In this document: in pieces, positions 53,227 to 64,000 of the stretch | How positions within the stretch are numbered: the stretch's first letter is position 1 | Layout of the letters: every line of letters begins with the position of its first letter | Assembly (NCBI RefSeq): GCF_006345805.1 | Contig: NC_043001.1 | Span: 33,046,001-33,110,000 of the forward strand | Length of the DNA stretch: 64,000 nucleotides | Source of the DNA: Octopus sinensis | Lineage: Eukaryota | Direction of reading: 5' to 3' | Made by a program: the position numbers and the translations under genes | The notes under the pieces: generated by a model | What the model was told of the DNA's origin: nothing | The model's database searches: none | What the model saw: only the letters and a program-made list of their open reading frames with translations

Positions 53227-53859
53227 CTTAACCAAATTTCTCTCAGACTACGTACTACCATCTTAAGGGCGAACAAATTGGATAATGGATTCCAAGGTAT
53301 ACTTTATCCGGTGTCACAGCGTGAACACAGGATAACCAGGTTTGTATGATCTTAATCCGAAGCCTGCGTGCTGGGTACTGATGGTAAACAAGGGTAACAA
53401 CTGAATTATCTGCAGCTGCAGCTGTAGAAGCAACGGCTGTTTTTTTTTACTTCATCACCTAACTATTATGTCCGTGCCAGATATCTACTTGAACAAGAGC
53501 AGCTAGTTTCTGTAGATTCTAAGACGAAGAAAAAGATTTAATAACGGAAGGCCTCTCTGGGAAGGTTACACTCGATAATAGATTTAAACACTTTATGGTG
53601 GTGAGCTGGCAGAATCGTTACAATGCTGGGTAAAATGCTTCGGAGCATTTCTTCCGACGCTTGCCTTTCATTCTTTCGGGATCGATAAAATAAGTACCAG
53701 TTGAGCATTGGGGCTGATGCTATCGACTTACCCACCCCCCATCACCACCAACGAAATTTTTGGTCTCCTGCCAAAATTTGAAACAAATTTGAAACTAATA
53801 TGTATAGATGTTATGAAGAAGAAAAAAGTAAAGAAAATGGAATGGTCTGGAATTGGAAG

Positions 53860-54236
53860 CACTCCGTCGGTTACGACGATGAGGGTTCCGGTTGATCCGA
53901 CCAACGGAACAGCCTGCTCGTGAAATTAACGTGTAAGTGGCTGAGCGCTCCACAGACACGTGTACCCTTAACGTAGTTCTCGGGGATATTCAGCATGACA
54001 CAGAGAGTGACAAGGCCGGCCCTTTGAAATACAGGTACAACAGAAACAGGAAGTAAGAGTGAGAGAAAGCTGTGGTGAAAGAGTACAGCAGGGATCACCA
54101 CCATCCCTGCCGGAGCCTCGTGGAGCTTTAGGTGTTTTCGCTCAATAAACACTCACAACACCCGGTCTGGGAATCGAAACCGCGATCCTACGACCGCGAG
54201 TCCGCTGCCATAACAACTGGGCCATTGCGCCTCCAC
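53860..54236 (-). mobile_element. Full-length tRNA-Arg-headed SINE (subtype 1) with a 13-bp TSD
   Basis: aatggaatggtct at 53836-53848 and 54237-54249. Confidence 0.93.
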
Positions 54237-54529
54237 AATGGAATGGTCTAAAGTTGAACGTAATATTGCTTTCAAATTTTGGCACAAGTACAGCAAGCTC
54301 ATGGAAGTGGATAGGTGATTACATCGATGCCGAAAGGATGAAAGGCAAAACCGACCTCGGAGGAACTTGAACTCAGAACGTAAGGTCATCGAAATGACGG
54401 TTTAGCATTTTACCCAGTGAGATAACGATTCTGCTAGCTCACCGACTTAAAGCTTGGACTTGATACAGTAACACGTTCTTCGATCAGGACATTAGGACTA
54501 AACGACAAATGTCATCCATTTTAATATTC

Positions 54530-54922
54530 TTTTGTACACCAGGCACAAGGCGCGAAATTTTAGAGGAGTGGGGCAGTCGATTAGATCGAATCCAATACGC
54601 AACGGGTACTTAATTTATCGACCCCGAAAGGATGAAAGGCAAAGTCAACCTCGAGGGAATTTGAACTCAGAACGTAAAGAAATACATGACGAAATACATA
54701 TTTCTTTACTACCCACAAGTGGCTAAACAGAGAAGACAAGGACAGACAAACGGATTAAGTCAATTATATCGACCACAGTGCGTAACTGGTACTTAATTTA
54801 TTGACCCGAAAGGATGAAAGGCAAAGTCAATCTCGGCGGAATTTGAACTCAGAACGTAACGCAGACGAAATACGGTTACGCATTTCGCCCGACATGCTAA
54901 CGATTCTGCCAGCTCGCTGCCT
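54530..54922 (-). mobile_element. SINE family B dimer; a further decayed B copy lies at ~54270-54450
   Basis: Two bodies joined at ~54691-54705. Confidence 0.85.
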
Positions 54923-54934
54923 TCGTTATCCATC

Positions 54935-55217
54935 TTGTTTGTTCCTTCTCGAGCCACGCCTGGCTCATAAGGGCCGGTTTCCCGGTTTCCTTGGCGTATA
55001 GGATTCCCCCACCTGGACGGGATGCCGGTCCGTCGCAGGTGAGCTGCAAAGAGAGAGAGAAAGTTGTGGCGAAAGAGTCAGCATAAGTTCGCCATTACTT
55101 TCTGCCGGAGCCGCGTGGAGCTTAGGTGCCTCGCTCATAAACACACACATGGCCCGGTCTGAGATTCAAGCCCGCGATCCCTTGACCGCGAGTCCGCTGC
55201 TCTAATCACTAGGCCAT
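54935..55217 (-). mobile_element. tRNA-Arg-headed SINE (subtype 2)
   Basis: Reverse complement of the 38950 element with a small internal deletion. Confidence 0.9.
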
Positions 55218-55640
55218 CTTATTATAAAATATGAAAATCAAACAGCTGCTCAGGTTGTAGGAAATCGAAGCATCTCTTTAAAACATCAAAGTATTGTGGT
55301 GATTGTTTAGATCAAGTCAGCTTCGAATGTTCTATTCGTGATAACCATCAACTGTTCAGTACTGTATAAAGCACTGATATGATCGTTTTCTGTTCCTTTT
55401 CATTTTAATCAGTACGGTAATGTCAAAAAACATTCTTTTCATCGCATCCATTATCTTTATATTTCATCTGTTTTTCACCTCGTTTTTTTTTGTTAAGTAG
55501 ATCACTAATGGTGAACAAAAGTATTAGGACACAGAATTACTGCGTTATTTACCTTGAGAGATCCTCTCATATCGGTTTGTGGTGCAGAAAGGCACTCGTA
55601 GTTATATCATTTACAGACGACGCGCACCATCTGCTACTGC

Positions 55641-55684
<44 letters not shown>

Positions 55685-55749
55685 TCTATCTTTCTCTCTT
55701 TCTCGATATATATATATATGTGTGGTGTGTGTGTGTGTGTGTGTGTGGG

Positions 55750-56030
55750 TAAAGGCCTGTGGCCTAATGAGTAGGCACTTACGATCGCTAGATCGTGGAT
55801 TCGATTCCCAGATCAGGTGGCGAGTTGTGTTCTTGAACAAAACACTTCATTTCACGTTGCTTCAGGCCCCCCCCCTTTCAATGAAGGGGAAATGTTGACC
55901 TACTCGCCTACCCAGCGGAGTGGCTTCATGCGATGGCTAAAACAATGCAAAACGCATTGTGCCCAGCGATGTTTAACAACATCCGATAAACTTATGTCGG
56001 TCACATATGAAAGAGAAATTTTGACCATGA
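55750..56030 (+). mobile_element. SINE family D variant
   Basis: tRNA-like head ggcctgtggcctaatg...ggattcgattccc, then gttgtgttcttgaacaaaacacttcatttcacgttgc. Confidence 0.65.
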
Positions 56031-56214
56031 GTGGAATGCTTTTATAAAGAAAATATTACTGCTGCTATCGGTGCTACTACCACCACTACTACCGCTGCTG
56101 TTATTGCCGCTGTTAATATCATTACAGCGATGACGTCAACAACAAAGTATAATTAGCATTTGAAACAAAACAACTATTAATATCATTAATAGCGCTACTA
56201 ATTTATTAATTAAA

Positions 56215-56604
56215 CTAGCAGTATCGCCCGGCGTTGCTCAGGTTTGTAAGGGAAATAACTATAAAGCATTTTTAGAGAGTTATAGCCAAAAAATAGCAAA
56301 AAAATGGAAAAAAAATGATGGTAAATTTTTTTTTGAGAGTAAAAAAAGTTTGAGTTGCGTCCCCTAGACAGTCTGTGGTTTATTTTTTTTTATTCTCGAC
56401 CCCATGTCGAATTTATCGATTTTTTTCAGAACTGGGGGAACTTTTCAAAATTTTCGCTGCGTTAGTTTTGAATTATGACATTGGGCTATGTGTGCGTCAA
56501 GTTTCATCAGAATCGGTTGAAAGCCGTGGTCAGAGTGAGGGTACGAGCAAACAGACACACAGAAACACGCACAGACAAACTGCCGTTTATATAGAGAGAG
56601 AAGA
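56215..56604 (-). mobile_element. Non-autonomous Helitron (390 bp)
   Basis: On the minus strand it begins A|TC (tcttctctctctatataaac), ends CTAG|T, and has a subterminal GC-rich element cctgagcaacgccgggcg; no TSD. Confidence 0.8.
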
Positions 56605-57535
56605 TAATTTAATGAATTTTAGTACATCTTTAATAAAAAAAATATATATATATATAATGAACAAGAGCCGCTACAAAACCAACAGCAATAAAGAATAATA
56701 GCTGCAAGAACATAAAACTATATTTAAAAAAAAGCGATATGGTGTGCTCCAGTTTTTGAGGTGAGGCAGCAAATACAAGGATATTGTTCGATAAATACAC
56801 TGCTCTGTTGCATGTGTGCGCATTAGGCGCAAAGTTTAATGCGTGCATTTATCTTTATCTTATAGTAAATTTTTATAATTTGCTTTTTTTTTATTTAATA
56901 TAAAACTTCAAAATCCTGATGGTGCGACGTGTTACATTTTAAATCAGAACAGCAGTCTCCACGACTTGCTTTCTTATTTTTAAGTTTCCAGTTTTCTGCG
57001 CAGAAAAATCATTATTCCCACACGTTCAGAAAGGTAGCTTTCGACTCTAACTGATCTGTTGCAATGATTCTCACTCTTGACTCCCGTTACTCGGCACAAC
57101 TCCAGGATCATTTTGTGATTTGGAATATCCAAAGAAACATTTTGCCACACTTTACGTCAGCGGAGAATACCTGCCCATAATCTGCTACGCATGTGATAAT
57201 GAACAAAGATCGACGGCTACACCGATGTCATTTACAGTGACTCTTTGATTTTCTTCGTGCCGCATACTGTGAGATTAGTCCTTGGGCTGGTGTACGATTC
57301 TGTACCTGACCTTGTATCTTCGATTCATCCTCAGTTTTACTTTGTTTTTAAAACAATCAGTATATATTGTGCTGTGTGGTTCTGTTTGCTCGATGTATAG
57401 AACCTCATTTATTTTATCGATCGGGACATTACAGCGACTACTCTTTGGGGGACATGAGAAATGCCCCTGTATCTTTCGCTTTGAAGAAATGTTCTTTTAA
57501 TCTCGCTGTTCGGTAGCGAAATGAAGTGTTGATGT

Positions 57536-57750
57536 ACTCTTTGTTTCAGTCATTTGACTGTGGCCATGCTGGAGCATCGCCTTTAGTCGAGCAAATCGCC
57601 CCCAGGACCCTTTCTTTGTAAGCCAAGTACTTATTCTATCGGTCTCATTTGCCGAACCGCTACGTTACGGGGACATAAACACACCAGCATCAGCTGTCAA
57701 GCGATGTTGGGGGGGGGTAACAAACACAGACACACAAAACATACACACAC

Positions 57751-57805
<55 letters not shown>

Positions 57806-58004
57806 TATATAATATATATATAATATTATATATATATATATACGACGGGATTCTTTCAGTTTCCATCTACAAATCCACTCATAAGGATTGGTCGGCCCGA
57901 AGCTATAGTAGAAGACACTTGCCCAAGGTGCCACGCAGTGGGACTGAACCCGGAACTATGTGGTTCGTAAGCAAGCTACTTACCACACAGCCACTCCTAT
58001 GCCT
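57536..58004 (-). mobile_element. SINE family A, full length
   Basis: Near-consensus copy; head-to-head with the next copy. Confidence 0.92.
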
Positions 58005-58227
58005 ATACTTTTATTTATTACATAACACTTCCTAAAAGAATTTTCTTTCAGTTAGGAAATTCATACCTAGGAACTACCTGTCTGGAGTAACCCCAGTTAA
58101 TAGAATGAGAGGCTGGAAACGATATATTTAATCCTCATCTCAAACTGATATTTTTTGACAAAAAGTGTGTTACATATGTACTTGGTTGTTGTTACTATTC
58201 TATCAAAATATTTGCGTTTTCAGATAC

Positions 58228-58399
58228 AGGCGCAGGAGTGGCTGTGTGGTAAGTAGCTTGTTTACCAACCACATGGTTCCGGGTTCAGTCCCACTGCGTG
58301 GCACCTTGGGCAAGTGTCTTCTACTATAGCCTCGGGCCGACCAAAGCCTTGTGAGTGGATTTTGGTAGACGGAAACTGAAGAAGCCCGGCGTATATATG

Positions 58400-58433
<34 letters not shown>

Positions 58434-58654
58434 TTGTGTGTGTTGTGTATCTGTGTTTGTCCCCCTAGCATTGCTTGACAACCGATGCTGTTGTGTGTTT
58501 ATGTCCCCGTTACTTAGCGGTCCGGCAAAACAGACCGATAGAATAAGTACTAGGCTTACAAAGAATATGTCCCGGGGTCGAGTTGCTCGACTAAAGGTGG
58601 TGCTCCAGCATGGCCGAAGTCAAATGACTGAAACAAGCAAAAGAGTAAAAGAGT
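58228..58654 (+). mobile_element. SINE family A, full length
   Basis: aggcgcaggagtggctgtgtggtaagtagc...gaaacaagcaaaagagtaaaagagt. Confidence 0.92.
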
Positions 58655-59115
58655 AACCCATAGCGAGTATATATATATTTTTTTGCTTTAGTATCAGTTT
58701 TTCTATATATTTTTTAAATTCTGAATTTTTTTTTATGTCTGTTTTCGTGCATTAGAAGATTAAATTACTGTTGTCTTTTAAAGGGTCGTAAAGAGTGCTA
58801 TCTCTTTCCTACTTCTAAGTCTTACTTTCTTTTAGAAATAAAAGCTACAGTGAAAATTATCATAGATAGATACTACACGCGCACGCGCGCACACACATAC
58901 ACACATAAAATAATCAGGAAAATAAAGTGGAGTTTAAAATCGACCTTCTGTCTACCTCAAAGTACAGAACGAGACTTGCCGGCGTTTAAAGTATATTTTA
59001 TTTGTAGAACAATCCTAAAAGGAATAATTTTCATCCAATAAAATTTGTGAATTAGCCAATTTCTTAAGAACCCTCCTCAAGAGACTTCCGTTTACTCGAA
59101 AGCACAACAACAACA

Positions 59116-59430
59116 TACTACTACTAATAATAATAATAAGAAGAAGAAGAAGGAGAAGAGGAGGATGGAGAAGAGGAGGAAGGAGAAGAAGTGGAGGAAG
59201 AAGAAGAGGAAGATGCGGAAGAAGAATAGGAAAAGGAGGAAGAAGAGGAGAGAAAGAAGATGAGGAAGAAGAAGAGGAAGATGAGGAAGAAGAAGATGAG
59301 GAAGAGGAAGGAGAAGAAGAGGAGGAAGAAGAAGGAGAAGAGGAGGAAGAAGATGAGGAAGAAGAGGAAGAAGAAGAAGGGGAAGGGGAGGAAGAAGAAG
59401 CGGAGGGGGAAGAAGAAGAAGAGGAAGACG
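59116..59430. repeat. Purine-only (GAA/GAG)n tract preceded by AAC/ACT/AAT repeats
   Basis: Direct reading; source of the K/R-rich and L/P-rich pseudo-ORFs. Confidence 0.95.
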
Positions 59431-60137
59431 AAAAATGTTATTGTTATTTACATTGGTACAAGGCCATAAAGTTTTAGTGGAGCGGAGGGTGGTCAATCTT
59501 ATTCGGCTGGTACTTTATTTTCTTGATATCGGGTGTATGAAGCGCTAGTGACCTCTGCGAGAATCAGCTAGAGGAGTAGTGATAGCACGTAACAAGAAAG
59601 AGAATAGCTTGGTTGACACCTCTTTAAAAGAAAGCAATAATTTAATCTTCGAAATGAACGAAATCAAATTTAAAACAACAACAACAAAGAAAAATATTCA
59701 TAAGCTGAGAAATTATTTCCCTCTCATATACAAAGCCACAGATGTTGGGATTGGTTAACGTCCAATTCAATCAACTAAAGTACTTAACAGGTACGTTTTT
59801 ATCGATCTGGTAGCAGAACGTATATAAAAATAACTTTCACTATATCGCTTGTTTCTAACGTAGGCACAAGGCCTGAAATTTGGGGACAAAGGTGCAGTAG
59901 ATTATATCGAACCGAGTATTCGATATGTAATAAATTTTATCAACCTTAGAATGATGACAGCCGTGACTTAAACTTACATAATGTACTAAAATGCCTTAAC
60001 TAAATATTCATTTTGTGCGACGCTCCAAACATTCTCTCAACGCAATGGGGTTGGTAAGGGTAATGATATCAACAATCTTACTGAACCGATGACAAAAATT
60101 CTGTTGGAAGGTAGATTAAAACTTGCTATAGATCTTG

Positions 60138-60168
<31 letters not shown>

Positions 60169-60169
<1 letters not shown>

Positions 60170-60575
60170 CTCTTTACCTTCTTTTACTTGTTTCAGTCGT
60201 TTGGCTGTGGCCATGCTGGAGCCCCGCCTTTATTCGAGCAAATCGACCCCAGGACTTATTCTTTGTAAGCTTAGTACTTATTCTATCGGACTCTTTTGCC
60301 GAACCGCTAACTTACGGGAACGTAAACACACCAGCATCGGTTGTCAAGCGATGTTGGGGCGACGAACACAGACACACAAAAATATACACACACATATATT
60401 TATATACATATATACAACGGGCTTCTTTCAGTTTCTGTCTACCAAATCCACTCACAAGGCTTTGGTCGACCCGAGGCTATAGTAGAAGACACTTCCCTAA
60501 GGTGCTATGCAGTGGACTGAACCCGAACCATGTGGTTGATAAACTAGTTACTTACCAGACAGCAACTCCTGCGCT
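60169..60575 (-). mobile_element. SINE family A, full length
   Basis: Near-consensus copy. Confidence 0.9.
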
Positions 60576-60664
60576 TATAATACATATATAATATATTATA
60601 TATATATATAATATACATACACACACACATATATCTCTGTATATATGTATATATTTATATGTAA

Positions 60665-60704
<40 letters not shown>

Positions 60705-62081
60705 TATATATACATATATACGTACATTACATCTATCTATATATATGCATGTTTGTGCGTATGTGTGTGTATAATATATATGTGTGAGTGCATGCATGCG
60801 AAGTATCAGTTCATTGAAATGCATCATCCAAATAATGTAATTGTTTCGGCCTCGGTTAAATTGTTTAATTCCCGGCTGTATCGAGTTCGTATTAATGCAC
60901 TATTACCTCAGTGATTCATCATTTCTTATTCTTCCTCTACGGCAAATATATATTCCCGTACGTGCACTTACGCGAAATTAATCTCTACTCCACACACACA
61001 CTCACATACACACTCACATACATACACACACATTACTTACTTGTGCAAATAAGCGCACGGACACATCCACCATAATACATCACACACAAACAAGCACAGA
61101 AAAAAGGTTGCATGCAGGAAAAAAAGTATATATTGTATGTTGTGTGTGTTTGTCCTTATATATATATATATATATATATATTGTATGTGTGTGTTCCTTA
61201 TACATATATATATATATATATATATATATCTATATAATATATAGATATATATATAAGAACATAAGTATATATCATACATGCCTACTTACCGCAAATGTAA
61301 TTTATTATGATTGTGATCTAACTCTTGTCACACACCCACTTCACATGCAATTGAAGCGTTGAAATAATCATATGATTCAAACAGTGTTTAAATACTTAAT
61401 TTCACGTGTCTGTATATTTAAAAAATATATATAGCGATTTGTTTCAGTCGAATTGTTTCAATGAGATATTTATCACAGTATATTCTGTTTTTTCATTTTT
61501 CTTTTAGTCAGAAAAGATTCTATAATAGGTATAGATTTATTAGCGACAGTATTGGTGTAGAATATACCACTAATCAGATTTAGTTTTATAAATTCCTAGA
61601 TGGATTTTATTGTTCCATCACCGGAACGTACTGATTTGAGGCGTTATTAGTAAGACAGCTACATGTACTCTTAATGTATCCTTTGGACAGAAAATGCGAG
61701 TGAGAAATAATGGTCTTTTGCATTCCAGGTAGAAAATCCATTCAATGTGCTTCCACACGTTTTTGCTCAACCTACTTTCTCGTGAGCTAGGTTTAGATCT
61801 ATTTGAGTCGATAGTAGTAAGAAATTTTCCCAAAATTTTGAGCAGTAGGATAGAATCTGGGGCCATGATTGTGAGCCAATCTACATAACCATTCCGCCAT
61901 ACATGTGCCCATTAAGTAAACAGAATACACGGTCGTCCAGACACACACAAGCATACCATCTAACTTTCTATCATCATTAACTCTTTCATTATATCTAAAC
62001 GGCTATATTTATACTCATTATATAACTGCTACCCCGTCGGTTACGACGAAGAGTGTTCCAGTTGATCCGATCAACGGAACA

Positions 62082-62134
<53 letters not shown>

Positions 62135-62454
62135 TATATAATGTATAAGTAGGGGATTGTGTGGACAAATAGATGTATGACTGCTACTATCATGTTTAAA
62201 GCTCCACGTAGATTATCATCATCCAGCTGATTTCTTGTAAGCTCAACACTGTGTAGTATTACCACTTATGAACTATTGAGCAAATGTAGGTGAAATAAGA
62301 CGGACACGTAACTTAACGCAATAAAGTGTTCCCTGATGATCCGTCGTTCTCGAGCATCTAAATGCTCTTGGAATAGCTATAGCAGGACTCCAAACAACCA
62401 TAATGGTGAAATGCCTGTAGATACTATTATATAAACTAGCTTTATCCTTATATG

Positions 62455-62625
62455 TATACATAGTTGAAATTTACAGAAAAAACAAAAGACGAGTATGAAC
62501 AACAAGGAGGTGTATTGTTTTGACGCTAGGGAAAGTGAGAAAATATTTTACGGTTCCAACGTACACTCTTCAACGGAAATGAATATGAGGAAATAAACAG
62601 AGAGAGAATAAAAAAGAAAAACTTT
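62455..62625 (-). mobile_element. Diverged Penelope-terminus-like element with a decayed hammerhead motif (62545-62580)
   Basis: Shares aaaaaacaaaagacga and gacgct..ggaa with the 31080 element; minus strand ATTT-CCGTTGA-A-gagtgtacgttg-GAACC-GTA-AAAT. Confidence 0.45.
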
Positions 62626-63367
62626 AGCGATCAATCATGGCAACTGGTTGGGAAAAAATATTTTGACAGGAGACCAAGAGGAAGGGGAGGTAATAAGGTA
62701 TTGGTGATCCCAAAACGAAGGTGCGCGTGTGAGTGAGAGTATGTAAGTTTGTGAGTGTATGGATGATGGCGTGTGAGTGTGCAGATAATAGTGTATGGTG
62801 TGGGTGCTGGGAAGTGCTCAGAGGTAGTGTGTGTAGAGTGATGTGATGTGTATATATAAGTATATATATATATATATGCATATATATATATATATATATA
62901 TATGTAAGGATATATATATATATATATATCCTTACATATATATATATTATATACCCTTACATATATATATGCATATCTTTACATATATGTGTATGATTAC
63001 ACACACACACACAGACACACACATACATGTATATGTATATATGTATGACTATTCGTACGTATATATATATAAAAGTATATAACAGATCGTACCACGCATC
63101 AGTACAATAAATAGTAATACTAGTAGTTAATTCGATTTTATCATAAAATGTAAGTGAATTCTCTAAAATGCATTACTGAAGGGAAAGTAACTACTTTCGT
63201 TTCTTTATGGAGATCATAGCTATTTCCCTTTACTAATGCATTTTGGGGGAATCCGCTAAATTTTGATGACAACAGCTAATTAGCCATAAGTGCCTTTATT
63301 TAGTTATTTATGCCAATGATGTTTCATAATTTATTAAGCGTATTCACACACATATATATATTCATAC

Positions 63368-63398
<31 letters not shown>

Positions 63399-63499
63399 CG
63401 CAAACACCACACAAGCACACATGTAGAGAGAAATGCATAAAGAAAGCTGTCTCGTCAAGATATAATGAGGGTAATTATACATACACCACACACACACAC

Positions 63500-63538
<39 letters not shown>

Positions 63539-63756
63539 GTATGTATGGAGAGAGAGATAAATAGATAGATAGAAACTATAATATAAGATATATATATTTA
63601 TTTATACGTGTGTGTGTGCGCATGTATATACGAATCGCTAACAGTCCGTATAAGTACAGTAATATTATAGAAGAAATACAAAAGTAAGTCAAAATTTATC
63701 CGCCCTTTCGCCAAAACTTTTTCTTAAGTTTACTGCACTGCCTTCAAAGCCAGGAG

Positions 63757-64000
63757 CACTCCGTCGGTTGCGACGACGAGGGTCCCAGCTGATACGATCA
63801 AAAGAACAGCTTGCTCGTGAAATTAACGTGTAAGTGGCTGAGCACACGACAGACACGTAGTTCTAGGAGTGATTCAGCGTGACACAGTGTGTGACAAGAC
63901 TGGCTCTTTGAAATACAGGTACTACTCATTTTTGCCAGCTGAGTGGACTGGAGCAACGTGAAATAAAGTGTCTTGCTCAAGGACACAACGCCCCGCCGCG
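63757..64000 (-). mobile_element. SINE with an OR-type 3' end and a family D central domain, running off the window end
   Basis: cactccgtcggttgcgacgacgaggg...gtgaaataaagtgtcttgctcaaggacacaac. Confidence 0.85.

Noticed and set aside
57010-57530. Complex island with a faint minus-strand LYIEQTE..LRMN (GIY-YIG-like) echo
   Set aside because: Too few residues and multiple stops; cannot be supported without a profile search.
59092-59496. K/R-rich (protamine-like) and L/P-rich ORFs
   Set aside because: Products of the GAA/GAG tract.
61618-61866. 82-aa non-repetitive ORF
   Set aside because: No recognisable domain and no convincing splice sites; within chance expectation.

Overview
AT-rich, microsatellite-dense animal genomic DNA, almost certainly octopus (inferred from tRNA-Arg-headed OR1/OR2-type SINEs and the repeat landscape). 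I can support only one host exon: a 330-bp phase-1/phase-1 exon at 40912-41241 (+) encoding the first Ig domain of a Dscam-family receptor. The rest looks like its very long flanking introns. They hold dozens of SINEs from about four families, CR1 and Penelope relics, three different R4/Dong-type LINE 3' ends stacked in an (AAT)n tract, a non-autonomous Helitron and a mariner MITE. Nearly all supplied ORFs are microsatellite artefacts. The most interesting unexplained signals are: (1) five short microsatellite-embedded elements each carrying a degenerate minimal hammerhead-ribozyme motif; (2) SINE multimers with a fixed palindromic junction; (3) several fold-back inverted duplications, some centred on (TA)n; and (4) a templated duplication and inverted SINEs bracketing the Dscam exon. 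Coordinates were counted by hand; repeat ends are approximate.
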